A stretch of DNA of 64,000 bases, from the NCBI RefSeq assembly GCF_009914755.1, contig NC_060927.1; one strand, written 5' to 3'. Below are positions 27,716 to 41,929 of the stretch, piece by piece. Every line of letters begins with the position of its first letter. The first letter of the stretch is position 1. Origin of the DNA: the human T2T-CHM13v2.0 reference genome, Homo sapiens. The notes beneath the pieces are model-generated. The model was not told the origin of the DNA and made no database searches. It was given only the letters and a program-made list of their open reading frames with translations. The position numbers and the translations under genes were made by a program.

Positions 27716-30056
27716 GTGAGGGCTGAGAACTTCTTTATTATTCATTTTTATCTAATATAAGATAGAAAATTTTATCATTATTTAATATTTAGAGTGACCC
27801 TGACACTGTCACTGTGTCTGTGTCAGATGGATATATATTCTTTATATAATGTGATAAATGAGAATGAGGAAAATTGAACACCCACGGTAGGTTGACATGG
27901 GCTGGGAGGGCTTACTTCTTTGTCTCCTTTCAGCATACTGCACCACTCTGCACTGTGTTTTACCTCAGTACATGGATATGAGTTGCAGAAGCTAATTTTG
28001 ACTCTACTAACCTGCACAAAGTGGACACTGAATTAAAAAGATTGACAATTATATTAATAACTCAAGCACAGGTAAGCAATACGAAAATGGCAGAGCTGTC
28101 TCCAGTAAAACATCAGGTCTTTGAAAGGTATACAATTGGGATTTAATCAGAATAGCCAAGAAATTGGCTAAAAAATTGAAAATTATGAAAAAGACTATTT
28201 GGAATATGGATTTATTTCAATTATTCATAAAAATGAACTTTGCCCTACATGCATATGGTACTTTGAGCATTAACAAATTATGGTATTGTAAAGACAGATG
28301 GTCATAACTCATACATATTTATTTTATAAAAATTGCAATCTGTATATAGCATTTTTTCCTTTGTTAAAATTTTATTTCTGATATTTATTTATGCTTTGGT
28401 ATTGGCTAATAATTCTTGGTTGAAAAGCGATTGTGAACTGATGTTTAACAGTATTTGTGAAAAGTAGATTTTTTTTATCTTATCATAAAGGTTATTTACT
28501 CAGACATTTCATTTTTAAGCAGTACCAAAATTTTAAAGTTTTTATGATGAAACTGAAGGCTGAGAATTTACATTAAGATATTTAATGTAAAATAAATCCA
28601 CACCCATTGTTTTTGAGTAGGGACTCAGTTTTCAGATTATACCCACACCATGTCTTATATCCCACCAGTTATCTATGTTCATTTATATGTTTTTTGAAAT
28701 TATTTATAAGAATTTTGTGTATACACTTGGACTCAAAAGTTTAAAGTTATTTCCTGTAGACTGTAACTATCAATCTTCAAGCCTAATTAATTTGCAATGC
28801 AAACTTTATTGGTCTTTTTGTCAATGTGAAAAATCTCAGAGTCTAAGGTTTTACCCTGCTCTCAAGCTAAAAAAGTAGCTTGCCAAAGTTTTATAGAGAC
28901 TGGCAGAAGACAGACTTTTGGTTCACAGAAAAAGTCTTTAGTAATTATGGCACAGGAGGCAGCATGAAGTTCACGTTCATGTCAGTTCCCACTCACTCCC
29001 CAAGTTCCACTGGGGCTATCCAGAGCAGTCCAGAGAGTGGTTGCATCATCAGTGCATTTGTATCACAGATGAACAGCCCCAAGTTGGGAAACATCCATCT
29101 TTTATAATGAGCTATAAGCAAAAACTGCCTCACCTTTGCTCTAGAGATAGACATTATTTTACTGGACAGCAAACAAATCTTCCCTATGCTCCAGAAAGAA
29201 ATATGTTTCTATCTTCCAAGATAATGCACTCTGCAAACATTCTTGAAAAGAGCACAAAAGTTTGTCCTAATTGGGTGTGAGGGCAAAGGGTTATGAGATT
29301 AAGTCTGTGTTTCTCCTTTTTTTCAAATAATTCTTACAAGTCACATTGTTAAAATTCAGTATTTAATATTCATCATATACTAATGATAGTAGGGCATATA
29401 CCTAATTTTAAAATAAATAAAAGATATATATTTAGGATGTGTTAACCCACAGAAAATGTGTTAATAGAAGTATAAGATCAACAAAATTTGGAGATAGCTG
29501 TTATTATAACCAAGTAGGAGGCTGAAAAATGATTCAGAAGAAAATGGCTAAGGTACTTATCAATGAGAAGGGCAGTAAGACAGGAAACCTAGGCTTTGGA
29601 ATTAAGTAGGTCTAGATCTCACTTCCAGTCTTCCTGTGTAATAAGACAGGTAAATGAATTTCTCTATGGCCCAGCTACCTTAACTTAAAAAGAAAAACAA
29701 ATAATTTCTTAAAAAGAAAAACATAATTTCTTTTTTGTAAAAGTTATCTACAATTGCTCTTAAAACATGGAAAAAACATAGTATTTTGAATAACATAAAA
29801 ATCGTGATTCTAAGCAAAGAGTAAAGGTATTAGAAAAAATTAATAGTAATTTTAACCTTGATATTAAGTAAATACTCATTTAATTAAAGGAAAGAAAAAA
29901 CAGAGATCATATATGGTTATGTTTGTGATTTCTAAAAGTCGTGAAAGGGAAATTCTAAAAGTAGCAAAAAAAAATATAATCTTAATAAAATATGAGAGAT
30001 TAAATATATTTAAACATAAAAGAAGAAAGAAATTTTAGTTAAAATATTTCGTGGCT

Positions 30057-30370
<314 letters not shown>

Positions 30371-32649
30371 TCATGGCTAAATGGGTGAGTTTAATGCAAA
30401 ATGTTTAATAAGTATTTTAATGAATTTCTAAGTTATCAAAAATGTAATTTGTAAAAGACTTGAGTAGAGAACATTGCTTCTACTTTTATTGTAGGATAGC
30501 TTCTTTGAGAGAAAATGATGAATTGCTTCCTTTTGCCCTATGTTTCCCACTCTCTTCCCCCCACATTTGAATTTACATGGCACTTTTTTTCATCCTTAAT
30601 TTGTAGTTTCTGATTGTCAATTTCATATGGCCTATGCTTGTGACATCACAAATCTCTTCCCATGGAGAGAGTGGCTTGTGATGTCTTAATTAAATGCACT
30701 GTGAGGTTTGAACATTTCTAGAATAAATAATCATCCTGGGAGCCCATGTAAGTACAAGTGAAAATAAAATATATTGTGCATAAGTTAATAAATTATAGGC
30801 AAAAATAAGAGATAACACGTAAAGGACAGATAATACCATCACTTTTCTGACAGTTAGTGTAACATTTATTCAACATTTCATATGAACAAGAATAAATACA
30901 TTAAATATTGCTGTGTCATATGTGTCCCCAGTGAACATTTACTCCACTTATAAATTCCTAATTCACTGATGTTCCCAGGACTTGTTTTCTGAATCATCAG
31001 TTATTTAGATTCCCTTTGAAAAAAAATATGGTGGAGTACATTTCTATAGCAGGGGGATATATAATAAGTATTACGTAAAATTTTTGTCAATTAATTTGGT
31101 GAAATTCATCTTATCTGTTTGACAACTCATTTTTCAGTTTTACATCTTTAAGGTAAATATACTAGCTATAGGCAGAAAGATAGACAGTGGTTCCCTCCAG
31201 CTAAGTCATCATTAAAACCAATACATGAGCCAATCTGTCTGATGAAGAGATATTTTTATAAATCACTGAAATTTTGCAAAACATTAATTTGCATTAATTT
31301 AATTATTACAAAGTTCCCATTTAATAATTGTAAATAAAATGAGCATCTTCGAAATGACATTGACTAGAGTGCCTATTTTTCAAACTTGGGATTCCAGGAA
31401 GTTCCAAGGATTGAAATGTAGTCATTCATTTTGTTGCTTTTTTATTAAACCTCAGCTCTGTGTATCTGTATACAGTCTGAAAAGCTCCAGCTCTAAAGAT
31501 AATCAAGATCACCTGACTGAAGAATGGGCCAACTGTAGGCAAATAAAGATTCCATCAGTGGAAAGCTAATGCCCTCCTTGTTGAAAGCACGTACTCATTT
31601 TGAAGTATCTTTTTTTTTTTTTTAGAAGAATGTCAAAAAAGCAGAGTCTAATTTCATGTGCCTGGGAGTAGCTATCTAAGCTTCAGGCAATACAAACGCT
31701 GCTATTACTGGGGAGTAAAAGCTCTGCATAATTAACAAACATCATCAGCCTTACAGTTCCTGTAGAATGCTGTAAGTTCCTTGCCTGAAGGCTGCTCTCA
31801 TCCTAGTAAGTCTGTTTACCCTGTCCAAGATTAGATTAGTTTAATTATTATGAAAAAGACTGCTAAGATCTTACAGCCTAATTATGCAAATGTTTCTAAA
31901 TGTTCACAAAAGTAATTTATTTATTTGGAGATAAATGAATCTGTTTTGTCATAAAACAGATTGCAGTCCTGGCAACGTACAAGCAGGGTTATGTAGCCTT
32001 GGGCAAATCTTTCACCACAAATATCAGTGGGATCCCTAGATTACAACATTTAAAAATACATAAATGTTTTTAGCAGGTTTTTATTGTTTTTGTAAATTAT
32101 AGTAATCCCAGAAAGAACTATCACAGGTTTAATACTCACCAACCTTGTTATGAAAACATGGTTTCTCAGCAGAAGCATTTAAAAGATGCTAACAGCTAAA
32201 ACATTCCTGGTAGACCTATTAAGGTACACCTGTTTTATTATGCTTCAGAGCAGATATATTCACAATACTGTTGTTTGTTCCCCTCTTCCTTGTAGTATCA
32301 TAGTTTAAGTAACTCATAAAAGAAAATGCTAGAAACAGAAGAATATATGTATAGATCATATTATCTATATTAATTTTACCTGTAAAAAATTGTATTACAT
32401 TGGAATAAGTTAACCACTACCTCTGTCTGAAAATGACTTCTAAAGAAAAATACATTGATATGTAATTTAGCCAAAGCTTGCAAACTAGGAAACACACACT
32501 TTAATCCTACCAAATCTTTTTGTTACCAATATCAATAACATCTTTAAATAGTCATGTCTAATTAATCCAGCTTAGGTTAGTTTTCCAGAGCTTCAAACTT
32601 TGATATTAGAAAACTTTTGCAAATTTGCAAATTTTAAGAATCTTTAGTG

Positions 32650-32955
<306 letters not shown>

Positions 32956-33001
32956 TTAGCAAAAACAAATATTCAATGGGCCAGGTAGTTGATTAGGGAA
33001 A

Positions 33002-33530
33002 TGTAGTGGATATATGTTGTTCTTGCTTGCCTGACATTTGTTATTTCTGCTTTTAGAAATAGATTACCCCCATTTAGCCTGTGGTAATCCATTCTCTAGG
33101 TTTGACTGAGTATGAATAGACTTTAATTCCCTTCCCTCCTACCACAAGATGATCACATGACCTAGGTCAAGCCAATTCTAGGACTTGCCTGCCACAAGCT
33201 ATCAAGATGATGATAATAATGATGATGTTGATGACAACGACGATGATGATAATAGAATAACAAGAGTTGCAATATAAAAAACCATCATTTATTGGGAACT
33301 TTCTATATGTTGGACACTGTGATCAGCTTTTGTGTGCATTAATCTCATTGAATCCTCAACTCCATTTACACTGAGACTGAAAAGCTATTAGGAGGTGGGA
33401 CCTGAGCTATCAATAGCTGGATACTGACCGTATAGGGAGAACCTGTCGAAAAGATGGAGCTCAGAGGACATTACTTAAGGACAAAGGCAGCCTACTTCTG
33501 AACTAGACTTGTCATTTGCAATTAGGAATC
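33002..33530 (+). mobile_element. LTR16-like fragments with an inserted (GAT)n tract and MIR piece
   Basis: tgtagtggatat...cacatgacctaggtcaagccaat; GAT repeat at ~33207-33252. Confidence 0.45.
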
Positions 33531-33767
33531 ATAATGTCATGAACATTGTGTGCAAGTAACAAACCCTAAAATAGAGTTGTTAGCCATGATTGGCCATGCT
33601 ATGAGGAGCCATGTCCTGACCAGAAGACATGATGCATATAAACTAGAGAACTCCTAAACTTAGAAACAAATGCAGAATTCAAACAGCACATCAGCGAAGG
33701 GGGAGCGCATATTTCAGAGTCTATATGATGAAGTTGCTGTGTATTATGTATCTAAAAGTATATAGGT

Positions 33768-34062
33768 GGCCAGGCATGGTGGCACATGCTTGTAATGCCA
33801 TCACTTTGGGAGGCCAAGGCAGGTTCACTTGAGGCCAGACTCGCCTCGAGACCACAGATGGTGAAACCCCATCACTACTAAAAATACAAAATCTAGCCTG
33901 GTGTGGTGGTGTGCACCTGTAGTCCCAGCTACTCGAGAGGTTTAGGAGGGAGGATTACTTGAGCCCAGGAGGTGACAGCTGCAATGAGCGGAGATTGCAC
34001 CACTGCACTCCAGCCTGGGTGACAAAGGTAGGCCCTGTTTCAAAACTAAACTAAACTAAAAT
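33768..34062 (+). mobile_element. AluJ
   Basis: ggaggattacttgagcccaggaggt right arm; degenerate TSD aaagtatataggt / aaagtacatatgt. Confidence 0.9.
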
Positions 34063-34116
34063 AAAGTACATATGTAAGAAAAAAGAAGGGGGTACATATA
34101 TACGAGAAAATCCACC

Positions 34117-34600
34117 GTGGAATGCAAAGGAATATGTTGAGGATCCCAGCATCTCTTTCCACTTCTTTTAGTAAATGAAACGCCGCTTTTATGTGGGGTA
34201 CTGATTCCATGTTTCAGTGCAAAAAACATAGCCCTGTTTCCTTGCACCCCTGCCTGGAGGCAGGCATACAACCTAATTTAGACAAGTCAGAGTCTTCATC
34301 AGAAATTCTCTGCCCAATCAATCAAGTGGGGAAGACATCATTTTTCAGCTGAAATTAAGCTGGCTTCATGTGGATCTTTAGGGTGACAGGCGGTATATGC
34401 TATGGCTCTCTTATTCCATTATAAAAAGCTTTTCTGGAAGACAAGCAGTTGGCAGAGGAAAGTCTTGAGCACCTGGGTCTAGCCATGGCTGAAATCAGTT
34501 TAACCCTGGACTTTTCAGATATTTGAGTCAATAAATTCCTTTTCCTGCTTAAGCCAGTTGGGGTTTGATTCCTCTCACTTATAACCAGAGTCTTGATGAG
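34117..34600 (+). mobile_element. LTR16-like solo LTR
   Basis: aataaattccttttcctgcttaagccagttgggg 3' motif. Confidence 0.6.
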
Positions 34601-35744
34601 AAGAAAAAGTTCAAAATTCAAATGAAATGACCTAGACACCCACATCCATTTTTCCTCTCTCTATATGTTTGTAATCATTGCTATTAAATGTAGTTTGTTT
34701 TTAGAAGTGTGAATTATGTTCATTTCAACTAAGGATCCTCAACACAGCAAATCAAAATTTTGTCAACTTTGCTTAAATCCACTAGTTTCTATTCCTTTTG
34801 GACTCTGGGGAACATGGTGGCTGCTACCTTTTAGGGCCTTGGTCAAAAAGTTGTACTGCCAGTCTTCGGCATTTCCTGTGCCTTTAACACTAATGGGGGA
34901 TAAATCTCAACAGCAAAAGAATGGTGCCTATATAAATATACAGACATGTTTCTCGAGACAGGGGTTCTGTTATTGGAGAACATAGTTTATTAGAAAGAGG
35001 TGTGTTAGAAATAATGCAGTTTTGACTTGGGTGTGTGTTTAAATTAACTGCTATTTAAATAAGCAGGGCAATGAGTCCACAGGGAGATTCCATCTGAAGT
35101 TCTCTTGTGTATTAAATGAATGGCATGAACAATGAGTTTAACAGGCTTCTCCAATATCACCATTATCTTGGTTATTGAAGCCATTAGAAGCTGTTTTCTT
35201 TCAGTTAAATGATCATATCTCCAGTGCACCTGCTTTATAATTATTCATTTGGAGCAAGATCATTAACATATTCCTTAAGTCATTTACAGGCAATTTGACT
35301 TGACATTAACATTTTTTTGCTCTTTATAACAAATTAATGAGATACAAAAATGTATAGTTGCACAGAAATTCTATACAATTCAAATAGGCTACAAAAGAGC
35401 TACAATTTGTGTGACTTGCTTATTTTTATATAAGTAATGATTGAGACTCATCGGTTATGACATTTAAGAAGTTTCTAAAATAATGCAAAAATAATTGCAA
35501 TGGGCAGATTAATGTAGACTTGTCTTTTAGTTTGAGGCAACAGCAAAATATTACAGTTCTTAACACATTCCCTGGCACACAGTAAGCACTCAGTTAATGA
35601 TTGTAATATTAACGATAATATGCTCAGTTCTATGAGGATAGATAAATATAAAATATATTTTTCCCTCAAAGAATGTATAAGCTAGTACAGAAAGCATACC
35701 AAAAAGCATTCAATAACGTAATTTTTGTAAGTAACACCAATGCT

Positions 35745-35998
35745 TATCTACTTTGCAGTTGTTTCTTACTATATGCCAGGCATTGTCCTAAGTGTTTCAC
35801 TTGGGTGTATTAATTTAATCTTCATAATACAGCTACAAGATTGGTGCTATTAATATCTCCAGTTCATATCCAAAGAAAATGAGACATAGAGAAGTTAAGT
35901 AACTTAGTTAAAGTCACACAGCTAGAAAGCAACAAAACAAAGCTAAGATTTGATTTGAGGCACTTGACTCAAGTATAATTAACTTCACCACTGCCTCT
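35745..35998 (-). mobile_element. MIR
   Basis: gagacatagagaagttaagtaactt...aagtcacacagctag. Confidence 0.8.
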
Positions 35999-36025
35999 TC
36001 AGGTATAGAGGCCAACCACCTAAGG

Positions 36026-36214
36026 TAGTGGTTCTAAACTTTACATGAGCATCAGAATCACCTGGAAGGCTTGCTAAAACACAGATGGAAGAGCTGAACA
36101 TCCCAGAGTTTCTGATCAGCAGGTCTGAGTTGAGGCTAAAAATCTGTATTTTCTAACAGTGTCTCAGGTGATGTAGATGCTGCTGGTCCTGAAACAAGGC
36201 TTTGAGAGCCACTT
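36026..36214 (+). mobile_element. MER5A (hAT-Charlie)
   Basis: tagtggttctaaac...tttgagagccactt TIRs; 8-bp TSD acctaagg / gcctatgg. Confidence 0.85.
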
Positions 36215-37335
36215 GCCTATGGTAATGTAGCAGGAGAAGAGGAAACAGAAGTTCATCATGATGGGGTTTTGAACTTCCTTAAGTACATTTAATCTGTTGA
36301 TAACTGGACTAATGAGACCTTCATTGGTACTGGGGAGTCTTCAAAATGGAAAAGTCAGTCTCCCCTGCTTCCTAGACACTATTGTTCTGACTTCTCAGAT
36401 TTTAATGCCTATTCAAAGAGTTACAGCAAAACAAAAATCATGGCTTTTATGAGATGACTTATTTGAAAAGGGGTAGCTTTTGTAATTATGATAAAGGAGC
36501 ACACTCATACAAGAATGGGTTTGTGTGTTTATAGAAAGGAGGAAACAGGTAATAAGTAGGTTAGGTTACTGAAAATGTGAAAGCCTCTCTATGAGATTAT
36601 TTCCAAGAAAAAACTCTATATTTATTTCTTCATTCAACATATATTTATTGATACCTATTATGTACTGGGCTTATATTAACAAAATATAGTTTTTACTCCC
36701 ATGAAATGTACATTCTAGGAGGCAGAAACTGGTAATACATGAACATAAATTTATAGTATGTTGGTGGTAATAAGTGCTATAAAGAAAAATAAATCAGGGC
36801 AAGGAGTGAGAGTCTATTAAACGGGAAATCAGAGAATGCTTCTCTTGTAAAGTAACATTTGAGAGAGACCCAAATGAAGTGAGGAAGTGAGCCATACAGA
36901 AAGCTAGGAATAGAAGCTTTCTAAGTTGCTGGGAATAAGAGCTTTCTAGGCAAGAACATCCCTAAGGCAGGATAATTGCCTCTTTGAGTATAAGAAAGAA
37001 GACTAAGGTAGAATGGAGGAGATAAAATCGGGAAATTAGCCAGAATAAGAGGATCATATCTTTTAGACCAAAGTAAGGACTTTGAATTTTATTCTGAGTG
37101 AAACAGTAAACCATTCAAATGATTTTAATGGGTCAGGATCACTCTGCCCTTGCTATGGAGAATAAATTAGAAAAGCAAGGGAAAAAGCAGAGAGACTAGA
37201 TAGGGAAAACTTGCAAATAGCTAGGCAAGAGATGACCTGAATCAGGATGATACCAAAAACGGAGAGAAATATTTGAATCCTGAAAATATTTTTATGTTAG
37301 AACCAACAGAATTTATTGATGGTTTGCAAGTTGGG

Positions 37336-37766
37336 TGTTAATTAAAATTATGTGAAACTTAGGAAATAAGGCAAGAGGTGGATGGCCTTATTGAAAGGAT
37401 GGCATATCCTTTCAATGTCTTATGGGAACAAAGGCCCATTTAAATGTTATCTCAGTGTAAGAATTTTGGATTAAAGGTACCAGGTTTAGTAAAATTACAG
37501 GACAATTTGGAGATGTCTGTCCAATAGATATTCAAATAACCATTGTCTAGTGAAAAAGATAACCCCCAAATTATACTTTATTGCTCTATGGGATACTAAC
37601 CAGTTTTACATCTAACATAGCAATCCTTTTCTAATATTTATTTCTTAGTTAGCAAGCTTATAAATACACCTTACTGGTTCCCTCTTTAATGTGTCTTTGA
37701 CATATGTTTATTTTATTTTATACTTGCATGACAGCTATGCTTTCTTTGGAAAATTATACTTTAACA
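37336..37766 (-). mobile_element. LTR37-like solo LTR inside L2
   Basis: TGTTAA...TTAACA inverted termini; tggg/tgag TSD-like flanks; L2 resumes afterwards. Confidence 0.6.
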
Positions 37767-37886
37767 TGAGTGAGAGAAAGAAGAAAGGCAAGGATGACAC
37801 CATGGTTATTGTCTGAGCATTCAAAAGAATGTAGTTGGGAAAGGATGCTTGTGGAGCAGGATGGTGTAGAGGATGAGAATGGAGAG

Positions 37887-38249
<363 letters not shown>

Positions 38250-39169
38250 TAGGCAAGTCAAGTTATCAGGCTAGAGGTTACTTTACAAGAAAAGCTTTCT
38301 CTGATTTTCTGTTTAATAAACTCCCACCCACACCCTGATTTAGAAAAACAGAACAATGGCTGCAAAGAGATGTGAGTTCAGTGGGAGACAGTATCACATG
38401 TTTGCAAACCAGAGACAATTATCATGTAGAGGGGGAAAACAATGCAGGAGTGAAGTTTCTGAGTAGGTTAGAGGAAAACTCAAGTGGAGTTGGCTTCAGA
38501 TAAAAGGACTAGTAGTTAATACACATAACCAGAGGGATGGCAAAATACAAGGGTCTAGGTGCAGGGCATTTGGCAAACCAAATAATAGCAACAATTGCAA
38601 AGTTCTTCTGATTGCTTCTATTTTGTCAGTGAAACAAAAAATAAGTCATTGTCTGATACTCTGGAGAAGGAGGAGGCATCAGAGATTTGAAGTGAAAGGA
38701 AGAAGTGTGAAATCATTGTTTAAGGGAAAATGGGAAATGAAATGTCCAGGGAAATATCAAACAGGATGTCTATTAAGTAGCCCTAAAGGTCCCACTTAAG
38801 AGTTTTGTGGTCAAGAATTTAATGTGAGATGGTTAATTATGTTATGGTCTCCTCTGGCAATACTCAGCTAAATAGATACAAGCACCATGTAGTTAAAGAA
38901 TTGGATGTAACTAGAGTTGGGACTGTGTTGGGAAGATATTATTTGGTAAGAGACTAGCAAAGGAATTCATTCAAAGAGGTGTTGCTAAAGGTAGACTATA
39001 GAATCCAAGGTTGGTAAAAAGATAGTGACAGTGAAAAGCTCATAGAGATAATGGACTAGAGGTCCTGGTGGTGCAAAAGAATAAAAACCTTATCAAGCAA
39101 AAAAAATATGGCTACAATATTAAGTCAATATTTGTAGTCAAATACTGACTTAGGACTGTAAAAAATTAG

Positions 39170-39541
<372 letters not shown>

Positions 39542-41307
39542 TAACTGAATAGGAAAGGAAATATGTGTGGAAGCGTAGGGATGGGTGCATAAAGGAAAAA
39601 AAAAAAAAGAAAGAAAGAAAAGTAAGAAAATCTCCAATTTAAAGGAGTTCCTGAGACCCTACGGGCTCAGAATAAAACAGATCATCCATTGGGGCATAAG
39701 AAGAGCGATTTACCTCAAGCAGCATTTAAGTCATGACCATTGCCCCTTCTGGGTGGGCAATGAGACTGTCTTTCCTGTGACTCCCCACAGCACCTAGTAC
39801 AGTGCTCATTATCTTTAATAGATTATTAACCAACAAGGGCAGAATACAAAGGGAAAATCTTTTGCCAAGGTCATTTTCTTTTTTAAAAAAATTGTACTCC
39901 TGCTTCAGTTTGTTAAAGCAAGGGCCAGAAATAGTGTGTAGAATTTCCAATTACAGCACAAGATCACTCTTCTAAACTCATATTCTCACACAATTTCTTT
40001 AGAAAGTGATATTTTAGAGATAAGAAAATGAGGTGCATATATTTATGCTATTAAATTAAATAATGTAAGACCTAGGTACAGTAGTTTCACAGAATTTTTC
40101 CAACATTGTTATACACAAAATTACCTGCTAGCTAATATTTTAAACCTGATAATTTAAAAACCCCATAATATCACCATTAGAAATTTACTAGTTTATCAGG
40201 CAATAAAAATACTTACAAAATCAAAGGCAGAATTAGCCTAAACAGGGTTGTATGTAAAGATGATTTTTTAAGAGACAAGTTTATTTGTCTTTTCCTTTTT
40301 TTCAGCATCACTAATACAGTTTTGAAAGTTTATCTTTAAATTAAAAGAAGTGTGAAGGGAAACAAAAATTCCACATCTGATGTTCTAAATTTTAGCTTGC
40401 TTTTATTATTTCTACAGAGCAGTATTGTCTAACTAAGAATAGTCTATCAATATTAGAACAAACAAGCTAGTAAAGTGGCCCAGCTCTTTCCCAGGTGGAT
40501 TCACATCACATGGAATGATTATGTCACAAAGTGTGCTCAGTCCCATATACCTCCCTATCCTTTCTATGAGTTACATGGAAAGCCCCACTTTTGGAGACGG
40601 TCTAGGTTCAAATTTTGCCTCAGAGATGTAGGTCAAGGTGAGCTGGATAGATGGCAGTTTTCCAAGGGCCCTCTCTCACATACCATTTGCAAGATATGAT
40701 CCCCTCCACTGCTAGAGTTCCTCTAGAGGAAGAGCTCTGTGAGATGAGAGCCAAGTCCCTGAAAATGCAAAAAGACAGAAGACCAAATGCTGAAGACCAT
40801 GTCATGAGCCCTGAATGCTTGAGCAAACAAGAAAGCAAGGATCTGAGTCTGAGCTATAACGACATTCACGTGGAGCCTAGACTAGGGCTCACCAGCGGGT
40901 CTTGACAGACTTTAGGTTAGCAATATTGAGCATATGGAAAAAGAAACACATTATAACATGTAAAAATTAGTAAAAAGTATACTTATAATAATGTACTCCT
41001 AAAAATGTCCAGAACGGCATTTTATTCTTCTTAGAAAAATAATGTTTATTGAAGTAAAATTAGAAATGGCAAAGAGAAGGAAAAATAATTTAATACCCTG
41101 CCAAGAGATACATGCATATTTTCCTAAAAAACTGGAGTTATTGAATAACAATGTTTGATCTTGGTTTTGTCACTTAATATATCTAGAATCCCATTTTAAA
41201 GTATTATTCATCCATTAATATATTATGTGTTACCTTAATGCTGAATAAATCAAGGTATTCAGTCCATGTTATTAACACTCTATTGTTAAATGTTTGGGTG
41301 GTTTCAC

Positions 41308-41928
41308 TGTTGTCATATGCATCTGCAATAATTTCTGACACGAACTCCCTGCAGAGGTCAAATTTCACTGGCTAAGGACACAGGTCTTCACAAGACTGCC
41401 CTTACTCAGACACCACGAGCCACAAATTTGGGGGCCTCCAGGCCACTTTCATTTTAACCAGCTGGCTACAATTTGGAAGTTCTCACTCTCCCCTCAGGTT
41501 TCACAATTCTATAGAATGATTCACAGAACTCAGGAAAGCGTTATACTTCTTATTATAGTTTTGTTATAGCAAAAGAACACAAATTGGTATCAGCCAAAGA
41601 GAGCCATAAGGCAAAGTCCAGCAGGGTTCCAAACACAAAGCTTACATTGTCCTCAGGAATGCATTACCCTCCCGGCACATCAACGTGTGATAATACACAG
41701 AGTGCTGCTGATCACCTAAGCTCACCTAAACTTCAGTGTCAGAGTCTATTGAGGCTTCATTACTAGGTATAATTGCTTGAATAATTGACCATGCAGTTAA
41801 ACTCAATCTCTAGTCCCCACTTCCATCACAGGATGTCAGGCTGATATCATGTGGCTCAAAATCTCAATCCTTTAATTTCATGGTTGATCTTTCTGATGTA
41901 GTCAGCCCCCATCCTGAGTCATTTCACA
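41308..41928 (-). mobile_element. MER21(C)-like LTR
   Basis: cacaagactgcccttactcagacacc...tcacagaactcaggaaagcg. Confidence 0.8.
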
Positions 41929-41929
41929 A

